A stretch of 64,000 nucleotides of DNA from an uncultured Chloroflexia bacterium. GTDB taxonomy: Bacteria; Chloroflexota; Limnocylindria; Limnocylindrales; CSP1-4. The notes beneath the pieces were generated by a model. It had not been told where the DNA came from and made no database searches. It was given only the letters and a program-made list of their open reading frames with translations. The translations under genes and the position numbers were made by a program. The DNA lies in assembly GCA_963776545.1 (NCBI GenBank), contig CAVZND010000006.1:13565-77564 (forward strand), given 5' to 3'. Positions 8,486 to 17,165 of this stretch are shown here, piece after piece. Position 1 is the stretch's first letter; the number at the start of each line of letters is the position of its first letter.

Positions 8486-9754
8486 GTGGACGGCGCCCGG
8501 ACGCGCGGCCATGAGGCGGCGCTCGCCGCGATCGAGGCCATGGTCCGGGCCGCGCCGCCGCACGCGATCCTGCTCAGCGGGCCTGGCGGCGTCGGCAAGA
8601 CCACGCTCGCGCTCGACCTCGCGGCCGGGCTCCTGTGCGCGGCGTCGGACCCGGCGGCCCGACCCTGCCGATCGTGCCGCGGTTGTCGTCTCGTCGACCG
8701 CGGCGACCATCCGGACCTGCACCGGCTGGGACCGGAGGGGCCGGGTGGCCAGGTCGTCATCGGCGGCCCCGATGCCCAATACCGTGGCGTCCGTGACCTC
8801 ATCTCCGATCTGGCGCTCCTGCCCCTCGAGGGCGGGGCACGCGTCGCGATCGTGGAATCGGCCCACCGGATGAACGAGGACGCGCAGGGGGCCCTGCTCA
8901 AGACGCTCGAGGAGCCGCCACCGGGCGTGACGATCGTGCTGTGCGCCGACGACGAGACGCGGCTCATGCCGACCGTCCGTTCGCGCTGTGCCCGGATCCG
9001 CCTCGGGCCGGTCGGACCGCGCGCCATCGAGGCGATCCTCGCCGACCGTGGAGCAGCAGACCCGCCGACGGCTGCGCGGCTCGCGCGCATGGTCGGCGGC
9101 CGACCCGGTGTCGCACTCGCCTACGCCCTCGCACCCGACGCGCTGCGGACGCGCGGGGAGATCGGCCGGTCGCTGCTCGACCTGCTCGACGCGGGTCCGG
9201 CCGACCGCCTGGCGGCGATGCGCTCGGCGATGCCCCAGGCGCTCGAGTTCGCCGCCGACCTCGAGCGAGGGGCGATCGCGGCCGGCGCGGCCGCCGGTTC
9301 GGACCCCTCGTCGAACGGGGGAACCGCTGGGGACGGGCGTCGCGGTCGATCGCGGAAGGCCGACACGCCCGTCGCGCGCGCCCCGACCTCGAGTGCGCCA
9401 GCCGCGGACGCGAGCGGCGACGCGGACGCCGAGGAGGCCGACCCGGACGCGCCCGTCCGGGCGGTCGCGGCGCCGTTGCGTCGGCGCGCGGCCGAGGCCC
9501 TCGTCCTGGTCTGGACCGAGGTCGCGCGCGACCTCGCCCTGGTCGCCGCCGGCGGGGCGACGTCCATCCACGACCCGGCCATGCTCGAGGAGACGACCGA
9601 GGCGGCCGGACGGCTGTCGCCCGACGTGACGATCGAGGCGCTGCGACGACTGGAGCGAGCCGGGACCCTCCTGGCTGCCAACGTCTCGCCCGAGCTGGTC
9701 CTCGACGCCCTGGCCATCGGCTGGCCACGAGCTCGACGAGGCGCGGAGACCTGA
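8486..9754 (+). CDS. holB: DNA polymerase III subunit delta prime (HolB)
   Basis: In-frame GTG at 8486 follows the upstream stop. Contains HAILLSGPGGVGKTTLA, the zinc module CRSCRGCRLVDRGDHPD, and LLKTLEEPP...TVRSRC. A low-complexity insert lies in the C-terminal domain. Confidence 0.85.
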   Translation: MDGARTRGHEAALAAIEAMVRAAPPHAILLSGPGGVGKTTLALDLAAGLLCAASDPAARPCRSCRGCRLVDRGDHPDLHRLGPEGPGGQVVIGGPDAQYRGVRDLISDLALLPLEGGARVAIVESAHRMNEDAQGALLKTLEEPPPGVTIVLCADDETRLMPTVRSRCARIRLGPVGPRAIEAILADRGAADPPTAARLARMVGGRPGVALAYALAPDALRTRGEIGRSLLDLLDAGPADRLAAMRSAMPQALEFAADLERGAIAAGAAAGSDPSSNGGTAGDGRRGRSRKADTPVARAPTSSAPAADASGDADAEEADPDAPVRAVAAPLRRRAAEALVLVWTEVARDLALVAAGGATSIHDPAMLEETTEAAGRLSPDVTIEALRRLERAGTLLAANVSPELVLDALAIGWPRARRGAET

Positions 9755-10065
9755 TGGCCGACGGGGCCGATGACGTCGCTCGCCTCGACGCGGTCGTGCA
9801 CGGGCGCGTGCAGGGCGTCGGGTTCCGCTACTTCGCCTGGCGCGAAGCGCAGGACCTCGACCTCGAGGGCTGGGTCGCCAACGAGGCGGATGGCTCGGTC
9901 CGCTGCGTCGCCCAGGGACCGCGCCCTCGGGTCGAGGCGCTGCTGCGACGGCTGGAGGCCGGTCCGGCGGGCGCGATCGTCGACCACGTGGGGGCGACGT
10001 GGCTGCCGGCGTCCGGCCCGCTCGGGCCGTTCTCGGTCCGGAGCGGGGGCCATCGGGGTGATTGA
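9754..10065 (+). CDS. acyP: acylphosphatase
   Basis: 103 aa. Contains the VHGRVQGVGFRYF motif and GWVANEADGSV. The ATG overlaps the holB TGA (TGATG). Confidence 0.85.
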   Translation: MADGADDVARLDAVVHGRVQGVGFRYFAWREAQDLDLEGWVANEADGSVRCVAQGPRPRVEALLRRLEAGPAGAIVDHVGATWLPASGPLGPFSVRSGGHRGD

Positions 10066-10133
10066 CGCCCAACACCATCGGCCGCGATCGAACGGGACCG
10101 AAGGGCTATTCCCACCCTGACCTTCGGGCGCGC

Positions 10134-10409
10134 ATGGTGCGGACGATGGAGCAGAACTCTCTGGCCGAAGAGCTGCCTGCCCTCTACCGAGCCATCCTGG
10201 ATCGGGTCGCTGACCTTGAATCCGACGGCGATCGAGCGGAGGCCGCCCGCGTGCGCGCCACCGCTACCCGGATCTACTCTCGTGCCTGGGACGATTCGGC
10301 CCGGCGCGGCCTGACCAACCTCCTTCGCAGGTCCGCGCCGCTGACCGGCGAGACCGTCCCGGCCCAGCGCCCGGTCCGCCGCCGCCGCGTCGCCGCTTCG
10401 CGAGGCTGA
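10134..10409 (+). CDS. hypothetical small protein
   Basis: Track ORF 10062-10409. The internal ATG at 10134 is preferred. No recognisable motif. Basic C-terminus. Confidence 0.35.
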   Translation: MVRTMEQNSLAEELPALYRAILDRVADLESDGDRAEAARVRATATRIYSRAWDDSARRGLTNLLRRSAPLTGETVPAQRPVRRRRVAASRG

Positions 10410-10469
10410 CCGGACGCACGCCGCCCGCCTGACCTCCCGCGCGAAGCCGTAGGCCGTAGGCTGTAGGCG

Positions 10470-10772
10470 ATGTCCCTGGCGACCGTCGACGACCTGATCG
10501 GACGCGCCCTCGAGGCCTACGCCGCGCTCGAAGCGCTCGGCGAGGAGATCGAGGACGAATGGACCTACGTCACCGACCTCGAGGCCGCCTGGCGAACCCG
10601 CCTCGACGAGGTCGCGGCCGCCCGCCGCGGTGAGACCCTCGTTCCGCCCATCGCCGCTGCGGTCGACCGGGCGATCGAGGAGATCGGCCTCGTGCGCGAC
10701 CCACATCGCGCGATCGACTGGCTCTCGACGTTCCCCCAGGTGGTGCTCGTCGCACTCGGGGAGGGAACGTGA
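10470..10772 (+). CDS. hypothetical protein (100 aa, acidic, helical)
   Basis: GC3-rich frame. GTGA overlap with the next gene indicates co-translation. No recognisable domain. Confidence 0.55.
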   Translation: MSLATVDDLIGRALEAYAALEALGEEIEDEWTYVTDLEAAWRTRLDEVAAARRGETLVPPIAAAVDRAIEEIGLVRDPHRAIDWLSTFPQVVLVALGEGT

Positions 10773-11443
10773 GGTTCCAGGATGCCGCCCGTGATGCCCG
10801 CGCGGTCGTCTACGCGGGCATCCAGGCCGATCCGTCCGTTGCCCAGGCGGCCGCCCTGCTCGCCGACGCGTCGCCGGCCCAACGGGTGCTGGCCCGGGCC
10901 GTGATGAACGGCGAGTCCACCGAACCGGGTGCGTGGCGCGTCATGTTCCCGACGCTCCTGGGGCCCGACGCGACGCAGGCGGACCGCGAGCGCGCCGAGG
11001 CGGTCCTCGCCGCCTCGCTGCGGGTCGCGGATCGCGGCGAACAGGTCCGCAGCCAGGTCCGTGGCGCGATCGTCGAGGCCGTCACCGCCGTGCTCCTGGC
11101 CCGTCGCGTCGGTCCCGATGCCGTGCGCCGCGAGCGCCGCATCCTGTTCGACGGCGTCGCCGCGGAGATCCATCCGTACGACGTGACCGTCGAACGCTCG
11201 GGCGCCGCCGAGGCGTACGACTGCAAGTGGGGCGCGCGCGGCATCGGGCCCGACGTCCTGAACCAGCTCGACGATGCGCGGATCCACGCGGCCGACGAAG
11301 ACGAGTCGCTGGCCGTCTGCCTGGTCGTGTTCGACGCCCGTCGGTCGTGCGAGGTCCGCCTCGACCGCCAGACCGCCCCGACCGCCGGCATCGACCTCGT
11401 GAGCCTCGAGTCGCTCGACCGGCTCGCCGACGCCCGTCCATGA
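10769..11443 (+). CDS. hypothetical protein with a possible PD-(D/E)xK nuclease-like motif
   Basis: 224 aa with GTG start. Contains IVEAV ... HPYDVTV ... EAYDCKWG, whose spacing is compatible with an E/PD/DxK core. Overlaps its neighbours by 4 nt at both ends. Confidence 0.5.
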   Translation: MRFQDAARDARAVVYAGIQADPSVAQAAALLADASPAQRVLARAVMNGESTEPGAWRVMFPTLLGPDATQADRERAEAVLAASLRVADRGEQVRSQVRGAIVEAVTAVLLARRVGPDAVRRERRILFDGVAAEIHPYDVTVERSGAAEAYDCKWGARGIGPDVLNQLDDARIHAADEDESLAVCLVVFDARRSCEVRLDRQTAPTAGIDLVSLESLDRLADARP

Positions 11444-12189
11444 CCGACCGGGGGCCCGGGGCGAACGGGTTCAGCGCCCCGTATCGCGTCCGCTTCGACG
11501 AGGCCGGCCCGGACGGTCTCCTGCGCACGTCGGCGGTCCTGCGCTATGCCCAGGACCTCGCCTGGGTGCACTCCGCCACGCTCGGGTTCGACCGCGCGTG
11601 GTACGCCGTACAGGGCCTGACCTGGCTCGTCCGGGCGGCCGAACTCGCGGTGACGGCGCCCATCGCGGTCGGGGCCACGCTGACCGCGACGACCCGCGTG
11701 GTCGGCTTCCGGCGCGTCTGGTCGCGCCGGCGGACCGACTTCGTCGATGCCGCCGGCCGGCCCCTCGCGTGGATCCACATCGACTGGGTCCTGCTCGACG
11801 CCCGCGGCGCCCCGACGCGGATCCCGGCCGCCTTCGAGGAGATCTTCCGGGCCCCCGCCGCGACGTTCGGCCTGGCCCGGGTGTCCCTCGGCGACCCGCC
11901 GGTGGATGCCTTCCACCGCCCGTTCGCCGTTCGGCCGCAGGAGCTGGATCCACTGGACCACGCGAACAACGCGGTCTACGCCGACTGGCTCGAGGAGGCC
12001 GTCATCGGCGCTGGCGACGTCGACGCGACGCGAACGATCCCGCGCGTCGCCCGCCTGGAGTACGCGCTCCCGGCGGAGGCAGGCGCCTCGGTCGAGTCGG
12101 TCGCGTGGCTCGCCGACGGCGGCTGGTCGTACCGGCTGCTCGGATCGGACGGCGGCGATCGGCTCCGGGCGCGCCTCGAGCGAGGCTGA
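11440..12189 (+). CDS. acyl-ACP thioesterase-like (double hotdog) protein
   Basis: 249 aa from the in-frame ATG at 11440 (ATGA overlap). Two hotdog-like halves: YRVRFDEAGPDGLLRTSAVLRYAQD and RPQELDPLDHANNAVYADWLEEA. Confidence 0.7.
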   Translation: MTDRGPGANGFSAPYRVRFDEAGPDGLLRTSAVLRYAQDLAWVHSATLGFDRAWYAVQGLTWLVRAAELAVTAPIAVGATLTATTRVVGFRRVWSRRRTDFVDAAGRPLAWIHIDWVLLDARGAPTRIPAAFEEIFRAPAATFGLARVSLGDPPVDAFHRPFAVRPQELDPLDHANNAVYADWLEEAVIGAGDVDATRTIPRVARLEYALPAEAGASVESVAWLADGGWSYRLLGSDGGDRLRARLERG

Positions 12190-12218
12190 GGCGTCGGTCC
12201 CGATCCCGGCCGGGCCGG

Positions 12219-13937
12219 TCAGGCCTCGGGTCGGGCGGCGCCGCTCGTCGTCGTGCCGGCGAGTTCCTGAAGCATCCGCCAGTTCCACAGGCGGTCGTCC
12301 TGCGTCGCGAGGATCTCGGGCGTCGGCGTCCCGTCCGGGGCGAAGTGCGGGGCGAAGCGGCCTTCGGTCCGGGCGAACGCGAGGAAGTCGACCGGTGTCC
12401 CATCGGGCGATGCCGTCCAGTCCTCGCGGAGCGCCGGGTTGCCCTGGAGCGACAGGCGCTCGTGCATCGTCGGGCCGCGCCGCGGGTCGTAGGTGAAGAG
12501 CGGGAACGCGCGCGAGTCGACCGCGAGCTTCGCCTGCCGCGTCGAGGCATCGTCGGCGATGCCGTGCTCCGGCTGGCAGGGCGTGTAGGCGACGATCACC
12601 GCCGGCCCCGGGTAGGCGTTGGCCTCCATCACGGCCCGATAGAAGTGGTTGATGTGGGCCGGCGTCGTCTGGGCGACATAGACGTCGCCGTGGGCCATGA
12701 GGATCCGGCCCAGTTCCTTGCGCCGCTCCGGGCGCCCGTGCTGGGCCTTGCCGAAGGCGGAGAGCTTGGTGACCTGGCCGCCGAATGTCGCCGTCGAGGC
12801 CTGCCCGCCGGTGTTCGAGTAGACCTGCGTGTCGAGGACCAGCACCTTGATGTCGGCACCGGAGGCGACCATCCGGGAGAGGGCCTGGAAGCCGATGTCG
12901 TACATCGCCCCGTCGCCGCCGACGACCCACAGCCGACGATCGGGCTGCCCTTCGGCATCCCAGCGCGCTCGGATCCCGAGCGCCATCGCGGGCGCATTCT
13001 CGAAGAGAGAGTTCGTCCACGGGATCCGGTAGGGGTTGAACGGGTAGGTGCTGCCGTAGACGGTGTTGCAGCCCGTGGCCGCGACCATGCCCATGCTCTC
13101 GGGTCCATGGACCTGGCGAGTCGCGGCGACGAGCATCCGCAGCGCGGTCGCCTCGCCGCAACCGGAGCAAGACCCCGCGCCGCCGACATAGCCGAAGGCA
13201 TGCTCGCCGAGCATCAGGTCCGCGAGTGCCCGTTCGTTGCGGTACTCCAACGGCGTCGGCGGCAGCGACCGGAAGAACCGGAAGTCGCGCTGGACCCGGT
13301 CCAGTGCCCGTTCGCCGCTCGGCTCGAGGGCGGCCTTGTCGATCATGTGCAGGGCGTCATAGCCGAGCTCGTGGCAGACCGACACGCACTCCGAGCAGCC
13401 CTTGCAGTGAAGCGGGTCCACGAAGATGCCGAAGGCGGCCGGCTCCAGGCCACGGCGGGCCGGCACCTCCGCGTACTTCTGGGTCTTGGCGAAGTGGGCG
13501 TCGATGGATGCGCGCGCGACATCCGCGTCGGGCTCGGCCGCCGCGAAGTCGGCGGTCTTGGCCTCGACCTGACCGACTGGCAACGCGATGCCGAGGATGG
13601 CCGTGTCGGGGCAAGCCGTGACGCAGGTCATGCACCCGACACAGGCCTCCCGGATCACGTCCGGGATCAGCGGCGAGAGTCCGCTGAAGTCGCGGCTGGC
13701 GGCCGTCGCCGGCGGGATGATGCTGCGGGCGACGGCCCGGTCGGCCGGGAGCTCGCCGTCAGCCACGTTGCGGCGGTACGCGTCGACCACGGTGCTGTTG
13801 AAGTCGTCCACGTAGGCGTGGACGTCGAAGACCGTCGCGGTCCCGGCGAGGCTGGCCTGGTGGGCCTCCATCGGCTCCCCGACGGCCTTGCGCAGGGTCG
13901 AGGTGGCATGGCCTCCGGGATCGTGCACGGCGGTCAT
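12219..13937 (-). CDS. 2-oxoacid/pyruvate:ferredoxin oxidoreductase, C-terminal half (2x[4Fe-4S] ferredoxin domain plus TPP-binding beta domain)
   Basis: 572 aa. Contains CVGCMTCVTACP and CKGCSECVSVCH, then GGAGSCSGCGEAT and the TPP motif GGDGAMYDIGFQAL...VLDTQVYSNTGGQ. Confidence 0.85.
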   Translation of the reverse strand: MTAVHDPGGHATSTLRKAVGEPMEAHQASLAGTATVFDVHAYVDDFNSTVVDAYRRNVADGELPADRAVARSIIPPATAASRDFSGLSPLIPDVIREACVGCMTCVTACPDTAILGIALPVGQVEAKTADFAAAEPDADVARASIDAHFAKTQKYAEVPARRGLEPAAFGIFVDPLHCKGCSECVSVCHELGYDALHMIDKAALEPSGERALDRVQRDFRFFRSLPPTPLEYRNERALADLMLGEHAFGYVGGAGSCSGCGEATALRMLVAATRQVHGPESMGMVAATGCNTVYGSTYPFNPYRIPWTNSLFENAPAMALGIRARWDAEGQPDRRLWVVGGDGAMYDIGFQALSRMVASGADIKVLVLDTQVYSNTGGQASTATFGGQVTKLSAFGKAQHGRPERRKELGRILMAHGDVYVAQTTPAHINHFYRAVMEANAYPGPAVIVAYTPCQPEHGIADDASTRQAKLAVDSRAFPLFTYDPRRGPTMHERLSLQGNPALREDWTASPDGTPVDFLAFARTEGRFAPHFAPDGTPTPEILATQDDRLWNWRMLQELAGTTTSGAARPEA

Positions 13938-14347
13938 GACCGTCCTCCGACGATGGCCCGGACGACATCGGTCGTCGAGATGATCCCGATGGGGGTCCGC
14001 CCGTCATCGGCCACGACGACGAGCCGGTGGACATGCGCCGACTCCATGCGCTGGATGGCCTCCGCGACGGGCGTGTCGGCCGAGACGGTCAGGGCGGGGG
14101 ACGTCATGAGGTGGCGCGCGGCGAGACCCGGCCAGCGCGACCAGAGGTCGTCCGTGGCACGGGCGCGGATGAGGTCCGTCCGGCTGATCACGCCGACGAG
14201 GTCGCCGTGCGCGTCGACCACCGGCATGCCGCTGACGTCTGCTCGCTCGATGAGATCGGCCACCTTGGGGAGCGGCGTATCCGCGTCCACCAGGATCGGA
14301 TCCCTGGTCATCAGGTCACGGACGAGTCCGTCGCTCGTATCCATCAC
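13934..14347 (-). CDS. CBS-pair (Bateman) domain protein
   Basis: 137 aa with two CBS motifs (VRDLMTRDPILV..., GMPVVDAHGDLVGVISRTDL, HRLVVVADDGRTPIGIISTTDV). ATGA overlaps at both ends. Confidence 0.85.
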   Translation of the reverse strand: MMDTSDGLVRDLMTRDPILVDADTPLPKVADLIERADVSGMPVVDAHGDLVGVISRTDLIRARATDDLWSRWPGLAARHLMTSPALTVSADTPVAEAIQRMESAHVHRLVVVADDGRTPIGIISTTDVVRAIVGGRS

Positions 14348-16323
14348 GAACCCTCCGCTGTCGGCCCGACGGCGATCAGCTCACTGTGTTGCCCTGGGAC
14401 GAGGCCGGTCACCGTGCCGGTCACGTCGATGACGTGGTCGTAGGCGGCCGCGACGACCGCGAGGTTCGCCTCGACGACCGCCCCTCCGCGCTTGCCGAAG
14501 AACCGTGCCAACTGGACCCGGACGGCGTCGAGCAGCGCCGAACGGTCGAGCCCGGCCTCGGTCGCGAACGGCGCGACCCGCAGGAACACCCCGACGAGGG
14601 CCACGCCCTGCATCCGGACGAGCAGGTCCGGCCGCGGGGCGTGCGCCCGGGCGAGGGCGATCGTGTCAAGCGCCCAGACATGGATCCCGCGGGCGAGGAT
14701 CTCCGCCCGGGCGGGGGCCGGGATGGCCGCCCAGATCTCGTCCGGGTGGACGATGGCGGTCTGCACGAAGAGCGATCCGCCGTCGACCAGGCCGTGCAGC
14801 GGGTCGCCCTGACGGAAGGCCGCCACGTCGTGGATCGGCACGAAGTCGACCGTGTCGAGTTCGGCGTGGGCGTGGATCGGCTCGTCCGCGATGATCAGGA
14901 AGTAGCTGGTCGGTAGCCCTTTCTTCTCGGAGCCGTAGCGCGGGTAGGCCTGCACGTGGCGCCCGAACGTCTCGCCGACCAGGGCCGCGAGCAGCTTGTT
15001 GGTCGTGACCGAGCCGAAGCCGCCGATCGAGTGCCCTCGCACCCGGAACGCGCCGTGGGGCATGAGGTCGACCGGGACGCGCTGCAGCGCCAGCGGGTGC
15101 TGGACCCCGAGCACGACGTGGCGACGGGTGTGGGCCTCGGGGTCGGCGAGCCAGTCGAAGCAGGCGACCAGGTCCCCCGGCGTGACGTCGCGGGACCCGA
15201 GGCCCGCCGACGCGGACATGACCCGCGGCATCGGCCAGCTGTCCGACGCCAGGTCGAAGAGGGCCGCCTTCACCTCACGGGTCAGCGGATTGCTCCCGGC
15301 GGCCGGGTCGTCGGTCCGCTCGACCACGCCGACCGTCCGAGCGCCATGAAGCGCGTGAGCCAGCGCCTCCGCCGGGAAGGGTCGGAACGCCGTGACCGTC
15401 ACGCTGCCGACGGTCCGTCCCTTCGCGCGCAGGTGGTCGACGACCGCGGCGGCGGTGTCGGCGAGCGTGCCCATGGACACGACGATCTCGGTGGCGTCCT
15501 CGCAGCGGTAGGCATCGATGGGCGCGTACGGGCGGCCGGTCAGCGACGTCCACGACGTCATCGCCGACTCGAGCGCCTCGGGCAGACGGTCGTAGAAGGC
15601 GCGCTGCCCGATCCGGCCCTTCATGTAGCTGTCCTGGTTCTGGACCACGCCGGTCATCAGGGCCTCACCAGGGTCGAAGTAGCTCCGGATGTGCTCGCGA
15701 GGATCGCCGACGAAGTCGCGCAGCAGGGCATCCTCGGGCAGGCGCAGGTCCTCGAGCGTGTGGGTCGTCAGGAAGCCGTCCTGGACGACGAAGAACGGGG
15801 TCTCGGTCTCCTCCGCCACCTTGCGCGCGATGGCCGTCAGGTCGGCGGCCTCCTGGGCGTTCCTCGCGAAGACCATGCCCCAGCCGGTGTCCGCGACGCC
15901 CATGACGTCGTCGTGGCCGGCGTGGATGTTGAGGGCCTGGCTCGTCAGCGCACGGGCGCCGACGTGGAACACCACGGGCAGGCGCTTGCCGGAGATGACG
16001 TAGAGGACCTCCTTCATGAGGATCAGGCCCTGGCCGGCCGTGAAGTTCACGACCCGCCCGCCGGCGAGGGCGAAGCCCTCCGCGGCGGACGCCGACGAGT
16101 GCTCGGACTCGGGCTCGATGAACTGGAGGCCGGTGCCCCACAGGTTGGTCCGGCCGTCGGCGACCGCCGCCTGGAAGATCGCCGCCATCGTGGTCGATGG
16201 CGTGATCGGGTAGGCGCAGGCCGCCTCGGCGATCCGCGTCTCGACGGAGGCGATCGCCTCCGACCCGTCGACGATGGCCCTGGTCCCGGGGAACGGCGGC
16301 GAGGCGGCGCCTGACCTGGTCAT
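14344..16323 (-). CDS. 2-oxoacid/pyruvate:ferredoxin oxidoreductase, N-terminal half (domains I-II-III: alpha plus gamma)
   Basis: 659 aa. Contains GSEAIA...AYPITPSTT, EHSSASAAEG, the domain III motif GFGSVTTNKLL and YGSEKKGLPT. Confidence 0.85.
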   Translation of the reverse strand: MTRSGAASPPFPGTRAIVDGSEAIASVETRIAEAACAYPITPSTTMAAIFQAAVADGRTNLWGTGLQFIEPESEHSSASAAEGFALAGGRVVNFTAGQGLILMKEVLYVISGKRLPVVFHVGARALTSQALNIHAGHDDVMGVADTGWGMVFARNAQEAADLTAIARKVAEETETPFFVVQDGFLTTHTLEDLRLPEDALLRDFVGDPREHIRSYFDPGEALMTGVVQNQDSYMKGRIGQRAFYDRLPEALESAMTSWTSLTGRPYAPIDAYRCEDATEIVVSMGTLADTAAAVVDHLRAKGRTVGSVTVTAFRPFPAEALAHALHGARTVGVVERTDDPAAGSNPLTREVKAALFDLASDSWPMPRVMSASAGLGSRDVTPGDLVACFDWLADPEAHTRRHVVLGVQHPLALQRVPVDLMPHGAFRVRGHSIGGFGSVTTNKLLAALVGETFGRHVQAYPRYGSEKKGLPTSYFLIIADEPIHAHAELDTVDFVPIHDVAAFRQGDPLHGLVDGGSLFVQTAIVHPDEIWAAIPAPARAEILARGIHVWALDTIALARAHAPRPDLLVRMQGVALVGVFLRVAPFATEAGLDRSALLDAVRVQLARFFGKRGGAVVEANLAVVAAAYDHVIDVTGTVTGLVPGQHSELIAVGPTAEGS

Positions 16324-16325
16324 GG

Positions 16326-17030
16326 CTAGCGGATCGACGGGAACACCAGGTCGTTCGCGTTCCCCTCGACCCGGCTGTCGTCGAGGATCCAGGAGAGCTC
16401 GGCGTCCAGGCGGATGACGCCCGGGACGACGGCGACGAGCCGCTCGATCAGTTCGGCGACGGACCGCGTCTCGGCCTGGCCGCGCATGCGGACGACCCCG
16501 TTGGTCACCGTGATGTCGAAGAGGACCGGATTGACGAGCAGGTGTCGCAGCAGGACGTCCTGGCGGATCGTCTCGGCGATCTGGTCGTCGGATCGAACGT
16601 AGGCCCGGATGAGGTCGGCCCGGGTGACGATCCCGACGAGGACGCCGTCCCGGGTCACCGGCAGTCGGTTGACGGCACGATCGACCATGATGGCCGCGGC
16701 GGCCGGCAGCGAGGCTTCCGGCGCGATCGTGATCGCGGGTGAGCTCATCGCCTCACCGGCGGTCGCCGCCTCGACCTTCGCGCGGGCCGACTTGGTCGAC
16801 TTCGACTCGCCGAGGACGCGCGCCCCGCGGCGATGCGGCAGCCCGTCGGCGCCGCGCTCCTTGATGAGAAGGTCGGCCTCGGAGACGACTCCGACGACGT
16901 GCTGATCGGCGTCGACGACCGGCAGGCCGCTGATCGCGCCCGCCACGAGGAGCCGCGCGACCTGCTTGAGTGGGGTGTCTGTGTGGACCGCCGTCACCGG
17001 CGCGGTCATGACGTCATGGACAGTCAACAT
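16326..17030 (-). CDS. CBS-pair plus BON domain protein
   Basis: ATG at 17030 is preceded by AGGAAGG. Two CBS motifs are followed by a BON-like C-terminus (ITVTNGVVRMRGQAETRSVAELIERLVAVVPGV). Its stop lies 2 nt before the por N-half start. Confidence 0.8.
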   Translation of the reverse strand: MLTVHDVMTAPVTAVHTDTPLKQVARLLVAGAISGLPVVDADQHVVGVVSEADLLIKERGADGLPHRRGARVLGESKSTKSARAKVEAATAGEAMSSPAITIAPEASLPAAAAIMVDRAVNRLPVTRDGVLVGIVTRADLIRAYVRSDDQIAETIRQDVLLRHLLVNPVLFDITVTNGVVRMRGQAETRSVAELIERLVAVVPGVIRLDAELSWILDDSRVEGNANDLVFPSIR

Positions 17031-17165
17031 CGTGGATACCAAGCCTTCCTGATGGGACCGTGCAGAGGTCGATCCCGAACCTGACTTTGCGCGTCGCTCG
17101 AGCCTCCAGGCAGGGTCGAAAGTCACTTTCCGACGGGCACTGCGGACGTCACCGACCGCGGCGGC

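Noticed and set aside
6270-14432. Very long ORFs on the opposite strand or in alternate frames of real genes. Examples: 6270-8126 (-), 7898-10078 (-), 10810-13170 (-), 11598-14432 (+). Others of the same kind: 14956-16314 (+), 26312-28216 (+), 61149-63809 (+).
   Set aside because: Their translations are Arg/Pro/Gly/Ala-rich with no motifs, and they shadow genes with clear domain content. This is the expected stop-codon scarcity of very GC-rich DNA.
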